Shown one piece after another: positions 37,306-51,219 of a DNA stretch of 64,000 nt. How positions within the stretch are numbered: the first letter of the stretch is position 1; the number at the start of each line of letters is the position of its first letter. A program made the translations under genes and the position numbers. Source of the stretch: Malacoraja senta (lineage: Eukaryota). The DNA is taken from positions 186,001 to 250,000 of the forward strand of contig CM075991.1 in the NCBI GenBank assembly GCA_038087875.1, given 5' to 3'. The notes beneath the pieces are model-generated. The model had not been told where the DNA came from, made no database searches, and was given only the letters and a program-made list of their open reading frames with translations.

Positions 37306-38364
37306 CTATTTTTCAACGATGCTCTGGGCATATTTGTACGCTTCCTCAGGTTTTACAAATGACTTTTCAGAACCATTAAAAGAAATACACATTTTGGCTG
37401 GATAAAAAACACCGTATCTGACACCTTGTTTCCATCTTAAAAGCTCTTTAGCCTTCCCGAATTGATTTCTCTTTTGCACAATTTCATACGGATAGTCCCT
37501 GAATATTTTGATAATGTCATTGTCCATCCGTAGTTGCACTCCGTATTTGATTTTGCTCATGACATCTTCCAGTTCTGAAATGTCCCGAAATTTCACAATA
37601 ATATGTCGTGGGTGGATTTTTCCAGCTTCAGATCTCTGTTTAAATCTTAGAACACGATGAGCCACTTCAATTTTTGGTTCTTTGGAAAGATTAAGCAAAT
37701 GTTTAAGTAAGCCCATGGCAAACTCACGAACGTCCTTTCCCTCGGTTCCCTCTGACACTCCAAGAATTCTCAAATTCTGGCGTCTAGAGCGAGCTTCCAG
37801 GTCCAGGCATTTGTCTGAGACTTTCCCCAATTGAGTCACCATCTGTACTGAAGTTTGCTCATATTCTTGCTTCCTTTGATCATGCTCTTGCCTCATTTTC
37901 ACCATGTCTTCAACGACTCTAGCCATATTTTTCTCCAATTCCGTAATTGTGAGCATACTTGCAGCTACTGTTTCAAGCACAGCCGTGAACCTGTCCGTAG
38001 TAATTTTTTCCATCTTATCCATTCTCCCCGATAGTCCATCATTCACGTCATCAATTTGTTTATTTATAGTGTCCAGTGTTCTGATTACCAGCGTTCGAAT
38101 CCACCATCATCTTTTCAATTTTCTTTCCATCATTTTTCCCATCAGAGTTTTATTTTCATCCAAAATTTCATCTTTCATATCTTTCACTGATTTCTTCAAA
38201 TCATCAAATTCTTTGTCCTTACCCAACTCTGTCTTAGATCTTGTATCCATTTCTGCAGCCACTTCAAAAGCTTCAGAGGTAACTTCTCCTTCAGGCTTCT
38301 TCGGATTTTTCAGCAGCTTTTTCACTGCTCTCTGAGGGCTCTTGGCTGGAGACAGTTTTCTCAT
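37306..38364 (-). pseudogene. L1 ORF1 (coiled coil plus RRM/CTD), broken near 38100
   Basis: DLEARSRRQNLRILGVSEG, AHR, PRHIIVKF and YPAK motifs. Confidence 0.88.
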
Positions 38365-39203
38365 TTAAAAGTCTTTAAGCCACCGTTTAAAACATCGCGC
38401 TTACTGATGACTTCATCAGCCCAGCGACCAGAAGCTCCGGTAAGGTTTTTAATCCAGTCCCGACTTATGGACCCGTTTTTACACGAAAAATCGTGAAAAA
38501 TTTCGAGAGCGGAGCTAGGTGCACGTCTGTTAATCTAACATGGCGCCACCGGACTGCGGCCTACAACATCTTGAAGCCGTGGTAAGGAGGTGGCCGACTT
38601 GGGAGCTCCGGGCCACGGGGTGTGCTCCACCTGTCTCGACGTCGGCGTGTCGACCATCCCGACCAGAGGGCTTGGACATTGGGCCATCCGTAGCGGCGAC
38701 TACGGAGGTTCAGGGCCCCAACTATGGGTGAACAATGGCGGAGAAGGAGGGGGACTGTCTGGACTGTATTGCCTTCCACCACAGTGAAGAATGCTGTGCT
38801 GGATGTCTGTGTTGAATTATGCTGTGCATTATGACGTTTTTGATTGTAACGCTGCATGGTAAATTTATTTCACTGCACCTTATGGTTTACCTTCATTCTT
38901 CATACCACTGGGACCTACACTAACTCGTACATCCATTGATTCCATACTCTAATCCCAATTCAAGAACGTTTTGTACGAAATCCCATCTGTCCTGTTCCAT
39001 CGTAAATACCATGTACTTGTGCTCTACCCCTATTTCCATTTACTGCTCCTCTTTTCATTTAGTGGTGCTATGTGTTTTCGCGTTGTACTTGTGTGTGGAT
39101 TCATTGTGTTCCTGTATTGTATAGTCTGGTTTAATTGGACAGACGCAAAAACATTTATTCTCAATCTCGGTGCATATGACAATAATATAGGAAGCCAAAC
39201 AAA

Positions 39204-39336
39204 AGGAGCGGCACAGTGGAGAAGCTGATAAAACTATTGCCTCGCAGCATCGGAGACCCGGGTTCAATCCTGACCTCGGGTGCTGCTTTGTGGAGTGTGC
39301 ACGTTCTCTGTGTGAACCAGTGGGTGTATTCCAGGT
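39204..39336 (+). mobile_element. HE1-like SINE head fragment
   Basis: GCGGCACAGTGG...GGGTTCAATCCTGACCTCGGGTGCTG, homologous to 4993. Confidence 0.75.
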
Positions 39337-39478
39337 CAGTTTCAGTTTCAGTTTAGTTTCAGTTAAGTTTATCACTACGTGTACCGAGGAATAGTGAAAA
39401 GCTTTTTTGTTGCGTGCCAACCAGTCAGCAGAATGACAATACATGATTATAATCGATCCACTTACCGTGTATAGATAC
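39337..39478 (-). mobile_element. LINE 3' tail (Rex1/Babar-like), minus strand
   Basis: Reverse complement matches 49900-49980 (CTTTTCACT...CTCGGTACACGT...ATAAAC plus AACTGA repeats). Clade assignment from recall. Confidence 0.55.
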
Positions 39479-40217
39479 CGGGTGGCGCCGTCAGCGATGG
39501 CAGCCTCGCCTACAGTCTGTCTGTCGTTTCGTCTTTTTTGGTAATTTTACTGTGTTTCCAAACTATGTGTTATTGTTCTCTGGTTTGTTTTATGTGGTAA
39601 GGAGGGGGGAGGGGGGGTAGGGGAAACTTTATTTTCAATCTCTCCTTGCCGGAGATGTGTTTTCTTTCCGGATGGTATCACCGGTCGCCTAGCAGACTAA
39701 CATCATGGAGCTGGCGGATTTGCTCGAGACTGTCTTTGAGCCCCACCTCGGGGCCGTGGGACTTACGATCGGAGCCTGCGATCCCTTGCCTGGGATCGAC
39801 GATTCAACCGCGGCCTGCGGATTTCAACCGAAGGTAGAGACTGATGTCGGCAAGCTCCAAGTCGCAGGAGGATCGACCAGCCCCGATTCAGGAGTCCGAT
39901 AGCTCGACGGGGAGAGCTATGATCCCCGCAGATGCGGGAGGTTCATCGCCCCGACGCGGAGGGCTCGACTGCCGGCTGCAGGAGTCAAGATCACCCTGTC
40001 AACAGAAGGTTCGAGTGGGAAACAAAGAATGGAAACAGACTTGAACTTTTTTTGCCTTCCATCACAGTGTGGAATATTGGGGAGTCGCTGTGGTAGATGT
40101 TCTTGTCAAAAAAATGTTTGGGTGTCTTGTTGCTCTTTATTGGCATGACTATGGCAAATCAAATTCCTCGTATGTTGCAAAACATACTTGGCTAATAAAT
40201 TACTATTATGATTATTA
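39479..40217 (+). mobile_element. Non-autonomous retroelement with GC-rich body and LINE-type tail
   Basis: Starts GGTGGCGCCGTCAGCGATGG. Ends AATTCCTCGTATGTTGCAAAACATACTTGGCTAATAAA plus (ATT)n. No credible ORF. Confidence 0.55.
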
Positions 40218-40863
40218 GGATAAATGGGAAAGTCGGCTATAGGCTGTGGGCCGAGGTTCGTGACCCAACTTACGGAACTACATGATATTTCCACATATTG
40301 TGTAAAACATATTATATAAATCATCCTTGAAACTCGTCAAGAACAAAACTTGCAATTTTTTATTAAATTAGAGAAAAAACAGAAAATGGTCGGGTATTTT
40401 TAGTCCAATCAAAGCACGTTTAACATCACGCGCTTTGTTTAAGGCTAGCTAGGCAGGGAGCAAACATCATGGCTGAGAGTGCTTCTACTGATGCCTGTTT
40501 TACTGGAGATTCCGATGGAGGTTCTTTGTTTCTCTGTGGAAAACATGTCGTGGAAACTTGCAGCATGGTAATTGAATTTAGTGAGAAAAGCATTAAGAAG
40601 TCTGAAGAATGTGCAGCTTAGTGGATAGAAGGAACAAAGCCTTGAAGGCAAAGTTGCTGCTGAGGGTGCTGCAACACAAAGAGGACAGCCAAGTCGTGAA
40701 CCAGTCAAATTTGCGAACCAACTGGAACTGAAAGGTAAGATCCAAAGTCTGAATTTATGAAAAATTAATCTGTATGGACTTTAATTAATTTAATTGCATC
40801 CTTTTATAATGTGAAAAATGAGATTTGCATGCTGTACATTCACTCATTCATTCATTCATGTGA

Positions 40864-43549
40864 TTGGAAACTAAATATTCCAGGATTTCGTTGCTTCAGG
40901 GTGGTAGTATTGGAGGGGCAAGAGGTGGGGGTGTTGCATTGCTTGTCAAGGAAGATATTACAGCAGTGCTTTGGCAGGATAGATTAGAGGGCTCGTCTAG
41001 GGATGGTATTTGGGTGGAACTGAGAAATGGGAAAGGTGTAGCAACACTTATAGGGGTGTATTACAGACCGCCAAATGGGGAGCGAGAATTGGAAGAGCAA
41101 ATATGTAAGGAGATAGCAGATATTAGTAGGAAGCACAAGGTAGTGATTGTGGGAGATTTCAATTTTCCACACATAGACTGGGAAACACATTCTGTAAAAG
41201 GGCTGGATGGTTTGGAGTTTGTAAAATGTGTGCAGGAGAGTTTTTTGCAGCAATACATAGAGGTACCTACTAGAGAAGGGGCAGGGCTGGACCTCCTGTT
41301 AGGAAATGAGACAGGGCAGGTGGCAGAGGTATGCGTTGGGGAGCACTTCGGGTCGAGTGATCACAATACCATTAGTTTCAATATAATTATGGAGACGGTC
41401 AGAACTGGACCTAGGGTTGAGATTTTTGATTGGAGAAAGGCTAACTTTGAGCAGATGCGAAAGGATTTAAAAGGAGTGAATTGGGACATGTTGTTTTATG
41501 GGAAGGATGTAGAAGAGAAATGGAGGACATTTAAAGGTGAAATTTTAAGAGTACAGAATCTTTATGTCCCTGTTCGGTTGAAAGGAAATAGTAAAAATTG
41601 GAAAGAGCCATGGTTTTCAAGGGAAATTGGACACTTGGTTCAGAAAATGAGAGAGATCTACAATAATTATAGGCAGCATGGAGTAAATGAGGTCCTTGAG
41701 GAGAATAAAGAATGTAAAAAGAATATTAAGGAAGAAATTAGAAAAGTGAAAAGAAGATATGAGGTTGCTTTGGCAAGTAAGGTGAAAGAAATTCCAAAGG
41801 GTTTCTGCAGCTGTATTAATAGCAAAAGGATAACAAGGAATAAAATTGGTCCATTAGAGAGTGAGAGTGGACAGCTATCTGCAGAGCCAAAAGAGATGGG
41901 GGAGATATTGAACAATTTCTTTTCTTCGGTATTCACCAAGGAGAAGGATATGGAATTAGGTGAGGTAAGGGAAACAAGCAGAGTAGCAATGGAAACTATG
42001 AGATTCAAAGAAGAGGGGGTGCGGACACTTTTGAAAAATATGAAAACGGATAAGTCTCCAGGTCCTGACAGGATATTCCCTAGGACATTGAGGGAAGGTA
42101 GTGTAGAAATAGCAGGGGCTATGACAGAAATATTTCAAATGTCATTAGAAACGGGAACAGTGCCGGAGGATTGGCGTACTGCGCATGTTGTTCCGTTGTT
42201 TAAAAAGGGTTCTAAGAGTAAACCTAGCAATTATAGACCTGTTAGTTTGACGTCAGTGGTGGGCAAATTAATGGAAAGGATACTTAGAGATAATATATAT
42301 AAGCATCTGGATAAGCAGGGTCTGATTAGGAACAGTCAACATGGATTTCTGCCTGGAAGGTCATGTTTGACTAATCTTCTTGAATTTTTCGAAGAGGTTA
42401 CTAGGGAAATTGATGAGGGTAAAGCAGTGGATGTTGTCTATATGGATTTCAGTAAGGCCTTTGACAAGGTTCCTCATGGAAGGTTGGTTAAGAAGATTAA
42501 ATCGTTGGGTATTAATGGTGGAGTAGCAAGATGGATTCAACAGTGGCTGAATGGAAGATGCCAGAGAGTAATGGTGGATGGCTGTTTGTCAGGTTGGAGG
42601 CCGGTGACTAGTGGGGTGCCTCAGGGATCTGTGTTGGGTCCACTGTTGTTTGTCATGTACATCAATGATCTGGATGATGGTGTGGAAAATTGGATTAGTA
42701 TGCAGATGATACTAAGATAGGTGGTGTTGTGGATAATGAAGTAGATTTTCAAAGTCTACAGTGAGATTTAGGCCATTTGGAAGAGTGGGCTGAAAGATGG
42801 CAGATGGAGTTTAAAGCTGATAAATGTGAGGTGCTACATCTCGGCAGGACAAATCAAAATAGGACGTACACGGTAAATGGTAGCGAATTGAGGAATGCAG
42901 TTGAACAGAAGGATCTAGGAATAACTGTGCATAGTTCCCTGAAGGTGGAATCTCATGTAGATAGGGTGGTAAAGAAAGCTTTTGGTGTGCTGGCCTTTAT
43001 AAATCAGAGCATTGAACATAGAAGTTGGGATGTAATGTTAAAATTGTACAAGGCATTGGTGAGGCCAATTCTGGAGTATGGAGTACAATTTTGGTGGTCT
43101 AATTATAGGAAGGATGTCAATAAAATAGAGAGAGTACAGAGGAGATTTACTATAATGTTGCCTGGGTTTCAGCAACTAAGTTACAGAGACAGGTTGAACA
43201 AGTTAGGTCTTTATTCTTTGGAGCACAGAAGGTTAAGGGGGGACTTGATAGAGATCTTTAAAATGATGAGCGGGTTAGACGGAGTTGACGTGGATAAGCT
43301 TTTCCCATTGAGAGTAGGGAAGATTCAAACAAAGAGACATACCTTGAGAATTAAGGGACAGAAGTTTAGGGGTAACATTAGGGGGAACTTCTTTACTCAG
43401 AGTGGTAGCTGTGTGGAATGAGCTTCCAGCGGAAGTGGTGGAGGTAGGTTCGATTTTATCCATTAAAAATAGATTGGATGGGTATATGGACGGGAAAGGA
43501 ATGGAGGGCCGAGATGGCCTGTTTCCATGCTGTAATGGTTATATGGTTA
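40864..43549 (+). mobile_element. CR1 family A, 5'-truncated ORF2
   Basis: 618-aa and 214-aa APE/RT ORFs near-identical to 1037-3930. 3' UTR internally deleted at an AGGG microhomology. ATGGTTAT tail. Confidence 0.95.
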
Positions 43550-46445
43550 ATTCCCTCTTCCAAATCATTAATATATATATATGGTAACACATCCACTGGT
43601 TCTCCCTTATCCACTCTATCAGTTACATCCTCGAAAAATTATATAAGATTCGTCAAACATGATTTACCTTTCATAACTCCATGCTGACTTTGTCCAATGA
43701 TTTCACCACTTTCCAAATGTGCTGCTAACCCATCTTTAATAACTGACTCCAGAATTTTCCCCACCACCGATGTTAGACTAACTGGTCTGTAATTCCTCGT
43801 TTTCTCTCTCCCTCCCTTTTTAAAAAGTGGGGTTACATTAGCTACCCTCCAATCCTTAGGAACTACTTCAGAATCTAAAGAGTTTTGAAAAATTATCATT
43901 AATGCATCCACTATTTCTGGGGCTACTTCCTTAAGTATTCTGGGATGCAGCCTATCTTGCCCTGGGGATTTATCGACCTTTAATCCATTCAATTTACCTA
44001 ACACCACTTCCCGAATAACCTGGATTTCACTCAGTTCCTCCATCTCAGTTGACCCCCGGTCCCCTGCTATTTCCGGCAGATTACTTATGTCTTCCGTAGT
44101 GAAGACAGAACCAAAGTAGTTATTCAATTGGTCTGCCATGTCCCTGTTCCCCATGATGAATTCACCTGTTTGATGACTGCAAGGGACCTATATTTATTTT
44201 AACTAATCTTTTTCTCTTCACATATCTATTAACACTTTTGCAGTCAGTTTTTATGTTCCCTGCCAGTTATCTTTCATAATCTTTTTTCCCTTTCCTAACT
44301 AAGCCCTTTGCCCTTTGTCCTGCTCTGCTGGACTGAATTTCTCCCAGTCCACTGGTAGGCTGCTTTTTCTGGCTAATTTGTATGCTTCATCTTTTGTTTT
44401 GATACTATCCCTGATTTCCCTTGTTATCCACAGATGCACTACCTTCCCTACATAACCATATAACCATATGACAATTACAGCACGGAAACAGGCCATCTCG
44501 GCCCTTCTAGACCGTGCCGAACACTTACTCGCACCTAGTCCCATCTACCTGCACTCAGACCATAACCCTCCATTCCTTTCCCGTCTATATACCTATCCAA
44601 TTTATTTTTGAATGATCAAATCGAACCTGCCTCCACCACTTCCACTGGAAGCTCATTCCACACAGCTACCACTCTCTGAATAAAGAAGTTCCCCCTCATG
44701 TTACTCCTAAACATCTTTCCCTTAATTCTGAAATCATGTCCTCTTATTTGAATCTTTCCTACTCTCAACGGAAAAAGCTTATCCACGTCAACTCTGTCTA
44801 TCCCTCTCATAATTTTAAAGACCTCTATCAAGTCCCCCCTTAACTTTCTGAGCTCCAAAGAATAAAGACCTAACTTGTTCAACCTTTCTCTGTAACTTAG
44901 GTGCTGAAACCCAGGCAACATTCAAGTAAATCTCCTCTGTACTCTCTCTCTCTTGTTGACATCTTTCCTATAATTTGGCGATCAAAATTGTACACCATAC
45001 TCCAGAATTGGCCTCACAAATGCCCTGTACAATTTTAACATTACATCCCAACTTCTATACTCAATGCTCTGATTTATAAAGGTCAGCACACCAAAAGCTT
45101 TCTTTACCACCCTATCTACATGAGATTCCACCTTCAGGGAACTATGCACAGTTATTCCTAGATCCCTCTGTTCAACTACATTCCTCAATTCGCTACCATT
45201 TACCGTGTACGTCCTATTTTGATTTGTCCTGCCAAAATGTAGCACCTCAACCCTGGTTTATTATTTTGCCAAACTGGGATGCACAATAGTTGTAATTCAT
45301 CCATGCAGTCTTTAAATGCATTCCATTGCATATCCACCGTCAACCATTTAAGAATCAATTGCCAGTCTATCTTGGCCAATTCACCTCTCATACCCACAAA
45401 GTTACCTTTCTTTAAGTTCAGAACCCTTGTTTCTGAATTAACTATGTCACTCTCCATCCTAATGAAGAACTCAACCATATTATGGTCACTCTTGCCCAAG
45501 GGGCCACGCACAACAAGACTGCTAACTAACCCTTCCTCATTACTCAATACCGAGTCTAGAATAGCCTGCTCTCTCGTTGGTTCCTCTACATATTGGTTTA
45601 GAAAACTATCCCGCACACATTCCAAGAAATCCTCTTCCTCAGCTCCCCTGCCAATTTGATTCACCCAATCTATATGTAAATTGACGTCACCCATTATAAC
45701 TATTTTACCTTTGTTACATGCATTTCTAATTTGCTGTTTGATGCCATCCCCAACTCCACTACTACTGTTAGGTGGCCTGTACACAACTCCCACTAGCGTT
45801 TTCTACCCCTTAGTGTTTCGCACCTCTACCCATATCGATTCCACATCCTCCAAGCTAATGTCCTTCCTTTCTATTGCGTTAATCTCCTCTCTAACCAGCA
45901 ACGCTACCCCACCTCCTTTTCCTTTCTGTCTATCCCTCCTGAATATTGAATATCTCTGGATGTTCAGCTCCCAGTCTTGGTCACCCTGGAGCCATGTCTG
46001 CGTGATCCCAACCATATCATATTCATTAATAACTATCTGCACATTCAACTCATCCACCTTATTACGAATGCTCCTTGCATTGAGACCCAAAGCCTTCAGG
46101 TTTGTTTTTACAACACTCTTACCCCTTATACTATTATGTTGAAAAGTGTCCCTTTTTGATTTTTGCCCTGGATTTGTCTGGCTGCCACTTTTACTTTTCA
46201 CCTTGCTACCTATTGCTTATACCATCATTTAACGCCCCTCTGTCTCTCTGCTCATGCTCCCATCCCCCTGCCACATTAGTTTAAACCCTCCCCGACAGCA
46301 CTAGCAAACACACCCCCAAGGACATTGGTTCCATTCCAGCCCAGGTGCAGACCGTCCTGTTTGTACAGGTCCCACCTCCCCCAGAACTGGTTCCAATGTC
46401 CTAGAATTTGAATCCCTCCCCCTTGCACTATTTTTCAAGCCACGT
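43550..46445 (-). mobile_element. CR1 family B (end of ORF1, APE, part of RT), truncated and interrupted
   Basis: Minus-strand ORFs at 45803-46201, 45200-45793 and 43639-44154. ORF1 DGLHL region near 46340. Confidence 0.9.
44450..45249 (-). mobile_element. CR1 A-like 3' fragment nested in the CR1-B copy
   Basis: ORFs 44982-45245 and 44616-44921. Tail seen as ATAACCAT repeats at 44452-44468. CCCT on both flanks. Confidence 0.88.
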
Positions 46446-46446
46446 A

Positions 46447-46625
46447 CTACGATTTTTAAGCCTTAATAACTTTTGTAATATTCTACCGATCGTAACAATT
46501 TAAACACAAACCGAAGTGCACAAAATGAGAGTTTTAGTTATGTAATTGCCAGCAGGGCCGTATTTACGTATAAGCTAGACAAGCTTAAACTTAGGGCCTC
46601 GAGATCTAGGGCCTTGAGATTGGCC
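46447..46625. mobile_element. Helitron 5' stub (minus strand) followed by a probable hAT/MITE terminus
   Basis: ATGAGAGTTTTAGTTA matches the Helitron 5' ends at 7175 and 58175. CAGGGCCGTATTTAC at 46552 resembles hAT-type termini. Confidence 0.45.
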
Positions 46626-46684
46626 CGCTCCACCAAGGTGTGTAAAACTTCTGACATAGTGGCGTTGTTAGAAAACCTACCATC

Positions 46685-48568
46685 GGTGAAAGTAAATCCA
46701 AAGGGTTTCTACAGCTATATTAATAGCAAAAGGATAACAAGGAATAAAATTGGTCCATTAGAGAGTCACAGTGGACAGCTATCTGCAGAGCCAAAAGAGG
46801 GGGGAGATATTGAACAATTTATTTTCTTCGGTATTCACCAAGGAGAAGGATATGGAATTAGGTGAGGTAAGGGAAACAAGCAGAGTAGCAATGGAAACTA
46901 TGAGATTCAAAGAAGAGGAGGTGCGGACACTTTTGAAAAATATGAAAACGGATAAGTCTCCAGGTCCTGACGGGATATTCCCGAGGACATTGAGGGAAGT
47001 TAGTGTAGAAATAGCAGGGGCTATGACAGAAATATTTCAAATGTCATTAGAAACGGGAATAGTGCCGGAGGATTGGCGTACTGCGCATGTTGTTCCGTTG
47101 TTTAAAAAGGGTTCTAAGAGTAAACCTAGCAATTATAGACCTGTTAGTTTGATGTCAGTGGTGGGCAAATTAATGGAAAGGATACTTAAAGCTAATATAT
47201 ATAAGCATCTGGATAAGCAGGGTTTGATTAGGAACAGTCAACATGGATTTGTGCCTGGAAGGTCATGTTTGAGTAATCTTCTAGAATTTTTCGAAGAGGT
47301 TACTAGGGAAATTGATGAGGGTAAAGCAGTGGATGTTGTCTATATGGACTTCAGTAAGGCCTTTGACAAGGTTCCTCATGGAAGGTTGGTTAAGAAGATT
47401 AAATTGTTGGGTATTAATGGTGGAGTAGCAAGATGGACTCAACAGTGGCTGAATGGGAGATGCCAGAGAGTAATGGTGGATGGCTGTTTGTCAGGTTGGA
47501 GGCCGGAGACTAGTGGGGTGCCTCAGGGGTCCGTGTTGGGTCCACTGTTGTTTGTCATGTACATCAATGATCTGGATGATGGTGTGGACAATTGGATTAG
47601 TAAGTATGCAGATGATACTAAGATAGGTGGTGTGGTGGATAATGAAGTAGATTTTCAAAGTCTACAGAGAGATTTAGGCCATTTGGAAGAGTGGGCTGAA
47701 AGATGGCAGATGGAGTTTAATGCTGATAAATGTGAGGTACTACATCTCGGCAGGACAAATCAAAATAGGACGTACATGGTAAACGGTAGAGAATTGAGGA
47801 ATGCAGTTGAACAGAGGGATCTAGGAATAACTGTGCATAGTTCCCTGAAGGTGGAATCTCATGTAGATAGGGTGGTAAAGAAAGCTTTTGGGGTGCTGGC
47901 CTTTATAAATCAGAGCATTGAATATAGAAGTTGGGATGTAATGTTAAAATTGTACAAGGCATTGGTGAGGCCAATTCTGGAGTATGGAGTACAATTTTGG
48001 TCGCCGAATTATAGGAAGGATGTCAACAAAATAGAGAGAGTACAGAGGAGATTTACTAGAATGTTGCCTGGGTTTCAGCAACTAAGTTACAGAGAAAGGT
48101 TGAACAAGTTAGGTCTTTATTCTTTGGAGCGCAGAAGGTTAAGAGGGGACTTGATAGAGGTCTTTAAAATTATGAGCGGGTTAGACAGAGTTGACGTGGA
48201 TAAGCTTTTTCCATTGAGAGTAGGGAAGATTCAAACAAGGGGACATGACTTGAGAATTAAGGGACAGAAGTTTAGGGGTAACATTCGGGGGAACTTCTTT
48301 ACTCAGAGAGTGGTAGCTGTGTGGAATGAGCTTCCAGTGGAAGTGGTGGAGGCTGGTTCGATTTTATCCTTTAAAAATAGATTGGATGGGTATATGGACG
48401 GGAAAGGAATGGAGGGTATGGTCTGAGTGCAGGTAGATGGGACTAGGGGGAAGTATTGAATTAAAAAAAATATATATATATTTAAATGTTCGGCACGGAC
48501 TTGAAGGGCCGAGATGGCCTGTTTCCGTGCTGTAATGGTTATATGGTTATATGGTTATATGGTTATAT
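46685..48568 (+). mobile_element. CR1 family A, 5'-truncated, with an open RT domain
   Basis: 551-aa ORF at 46771-48426 containing the RT motifs including YADD. (ATGGTTAT)n tail. Confidence 0.96.
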
Positions 48569-48569
48569 A

Positions 48570-49033
48570 GGGATCCGGGATGGGTGCAATATAGTCGGTT
48601 GGATAAGGTATTCGTTCCATTACTCCCTTTCGCCGTAATTGTGCTCTTTAATATTCTGACAGTGAGGCACATTTTATTGGCGAGTTGCGTTCGTAAGGCA
48701 CTGAGGGGTCAAGGACATGTGGGGAATCAAAATTAACCAGAGATGGAGAGCAGGAGGAGGGCTATAATTTTGCTTTTCACTATATCTGGCAGTTTCATAC
48801 TTCTGTGGGTAACAACTGTTGTAGATTATTTATATTATAACGTTGCAGGAAGAAATCCCAATTATTACAACCCCCCTGAATATATATTTGGTCAGTTCGG
48901 GTACACACTACAGAACCTCAGCCCTTGGACCAACACTTTTATTTATGGAGTGACTCAGGCCAAGTTCAGAATGGAGTTTGTGAACATGGTGAAGTTTCCA
49001 GTGGAGGCAATTATTGGAATGATTAAAAAATAA
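48570..49033 (+). pseudogene. GPR139-like: Class A GPCR pseudogene, TM5-TM7 and C-tail, GPR139-like family
   Basis: PLLPFAVIVLFNILTVRHILLAS..RKALRG, (D)PEMESRRRAIILLFTISGSFILLW and NTFIYGVTQAKFR. In-frame TAA at 48734-48736. The 5' half is replaced by a CR1 tail. Confidence 0.85.
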
Positions 49034-49719
49034 ATTAATCGGATAAGCAGAGGCATCTGGTCAGAGAACCATGGTAAGTAACAGCCTGCTGAACTACACG
49101 AGTGAGTTGGCCTCTTTTCTAAAAGGCAGCCAGTGTCGATCGACGACATTGGTTTAGACCGGGCAGTAGTTTCTGTTTAAACTGTCAGAAAGAACTCCTC
49201 GGAAGTGACGGACCCATTATAGTCACATCGCGTCGGACCTCATCCTTTTGCTGTTTGTCCACAGCAACCATCCACATTAGAACAACGCAATATCTGCCTT
49301 CAGTTCATCTTTGCCGGCTACACCTAACCAAGCATCCCAATCCGATACATAGTTTGTGTGTGGTCCCTTCGCAGGTGTTGCCTGACCCTCTGAGTTTCTC
49401 GTGCAGTTTGCTATTCGCTCATGATTCCTGCTTGTGCGGTGTAGAGTATCTCGTTTGCATTCGATTTTTGTACAGTATCCTCAATCGCACTTTTCTAAAA
49501 TTGTATCAATGATATTTTGGTCAGTTCGCCAACCAAGCTCCAGTCGTACTAACCAAAAACAACTTTTTGTCCGATTAAGTTTCAGATGTAATATTTACTA
49601 TTTCTTTTCTGTTCCGGGTTTTCACGTGTGCTTTTTATCTGACGATTCGGAACACGATGTGCTCATTGCATTCCTTCCACTTTACCATCTTAACCAGCAG
49701 TCGCTGCAATTCACAAGCC

Positions 49720-49980
49720 ATCGAATTCACTTCCTCAAACAATCCTTTCCACGGTCTGCTGTTATCAAACAACTGAACCGTCCTATCTTATTCGGGACCT
49801 GCAGCCTATCTTTGATCGGACTTTACTGGATTTTGTCTTGCATTAAACGCTATTGAAGATATTTCCTTTATCATGTACTTGTACACTGTGGATGGTTCGA
49901 TTGTAACCATGTATTGTATTTCCGCCTACTGCTTTTCACTGTATCTCGGTACACGTGACAATAAACTAAACTGAAACTCA
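49720..49980 (+). mobile_element. Decayed LINE 3' end (Rex1/Babar-like)
   Basis: Ends CTTTTCACTGTATCTCGGTACACGTGACAATAAACTAAACTGAAACT. Confidence 0.55.
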
Positions 49981-50449
49981 AGCTCAATTCCCATGTCGTC
50001 ATTTTTGTCCTTAGCCGCCTCCTTTGCCAGAGTGAGATAAACATTAACTAAAATAACAACGTATTCTTCTTGCGCAGCTTATATCCCAACCCAGTAAACG
50101 TCAAATTCTCGGATCTAAAGCCCTGACCTCATCGCTTTCTCCGACCGCCTTCCACGGCCCACAGTTACATTTGACCCACCGCTCCTTACGTCTAGCTCAC
50201 ATCTCTGAATCTCACATTTGCGTTTTATCCCACCCGTCTCCCCACCTACCGTCCTCTCAAGCCTGTCATCCACTCACATCCATCCCTCCGGGCTTTATAT
50301 TTCACTCCTCCTCTACTTTCCTCACCTAACGCGTTTTTGTCACCTTGCCAGCTCTACACTTTCTCACACTCTATACACCTGCGAATCACACGACCTGTCA
50401 CCTGTACCTACCCATCACTTGCCATGATTTGCCCCACCCTATCTCACCT

Positions 50450-50810
50450 TCCCACACACACTCACACCCTCCATCTCACACACACACACACACCATCTCG
50501 CAGACACACACACCCTCCATCTCTCTCTCACACACCACCCTCCATCTCGCACACACACTCCACATCTCCCTCTCAATCACACACACTACCTCACACATAC
50601 ACCCTCCATTTCTCACACACACACACACCCTCCATCTCACCCACACCCTCCATCTCCCTTTCTCACACACATACCCTCCATCTCACACAAACACCCTCCA
50701 TCTCTCTCTCTCACACACACACAAACCCTCCATCTTACACACACACACTCCATCTCTCACACTCACACACACCCTCCATCTCTCTCACACACACCATCCA
50801 TCTCTCTCAC
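50450..50810. repeat. CA/CT-rich satellite, (CACACACCCTCCATCT)n-like
   Basis: Direct inspection. The satellite resumes after the CR1 at 55628. Confidence 0.9.
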
Positions 50811-51219
50811 TCGGACAGCAGTGTGTGCGGACGGACGCTGAGCAAAGTTCATTGAGGCAGGAAGGGACGTCACGACACGGAAGGGACGTCACGACCGCGG
50901 TGCCACAGGTGCGGCCCGGGCTGTCGCCGAGGGAGGAAGGACGGAGCCACGGCTCGAGAGGCTAACAGAGGCTAAGAGGTTTGCCACGCACTGCAAGGGA
51001 ACAGTGGACCAGACAGGAAGAGCGGACGGAATTACTACTAGACAGCCAAACCAGTAGGTAATTTACGGCTGGGGTGAGTACTTTCCCATTTATAGGAGGT
51101 AGGATTATATAAATAAGGGGTGTATCAATAGGAGGTAGGATTATATAAATAAGGGGTGTATCAATATAGTAAACCGGGTAGGGGATTCTTAAATAGGACC
51201 AGTTATTTACTTATATAAG

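Larger units (their letters stand above)
31251..38553 (-). mobile_element. Full-length decayed L1-clade LINE
   Basis: 5' end TCCGGTGGCGCCATG, ORF1, ~0.9-kb spacer, ORF2, and an A-rich tail (T-run at ~31250-31275). Confidence 0.92.

Noticed and set aside
40467..40740. Possible decayed transposase exon (MAESASTDAC...) ending at AG|GTAAGA
   Set aside because: In-frame stops and no recognisable domain; cannot be assigned without a search.
50030..50125. Penelope GIY-YIG C-terminal remnant
   Set aside because: Only faint resemblance; too decayed to support as a feature.
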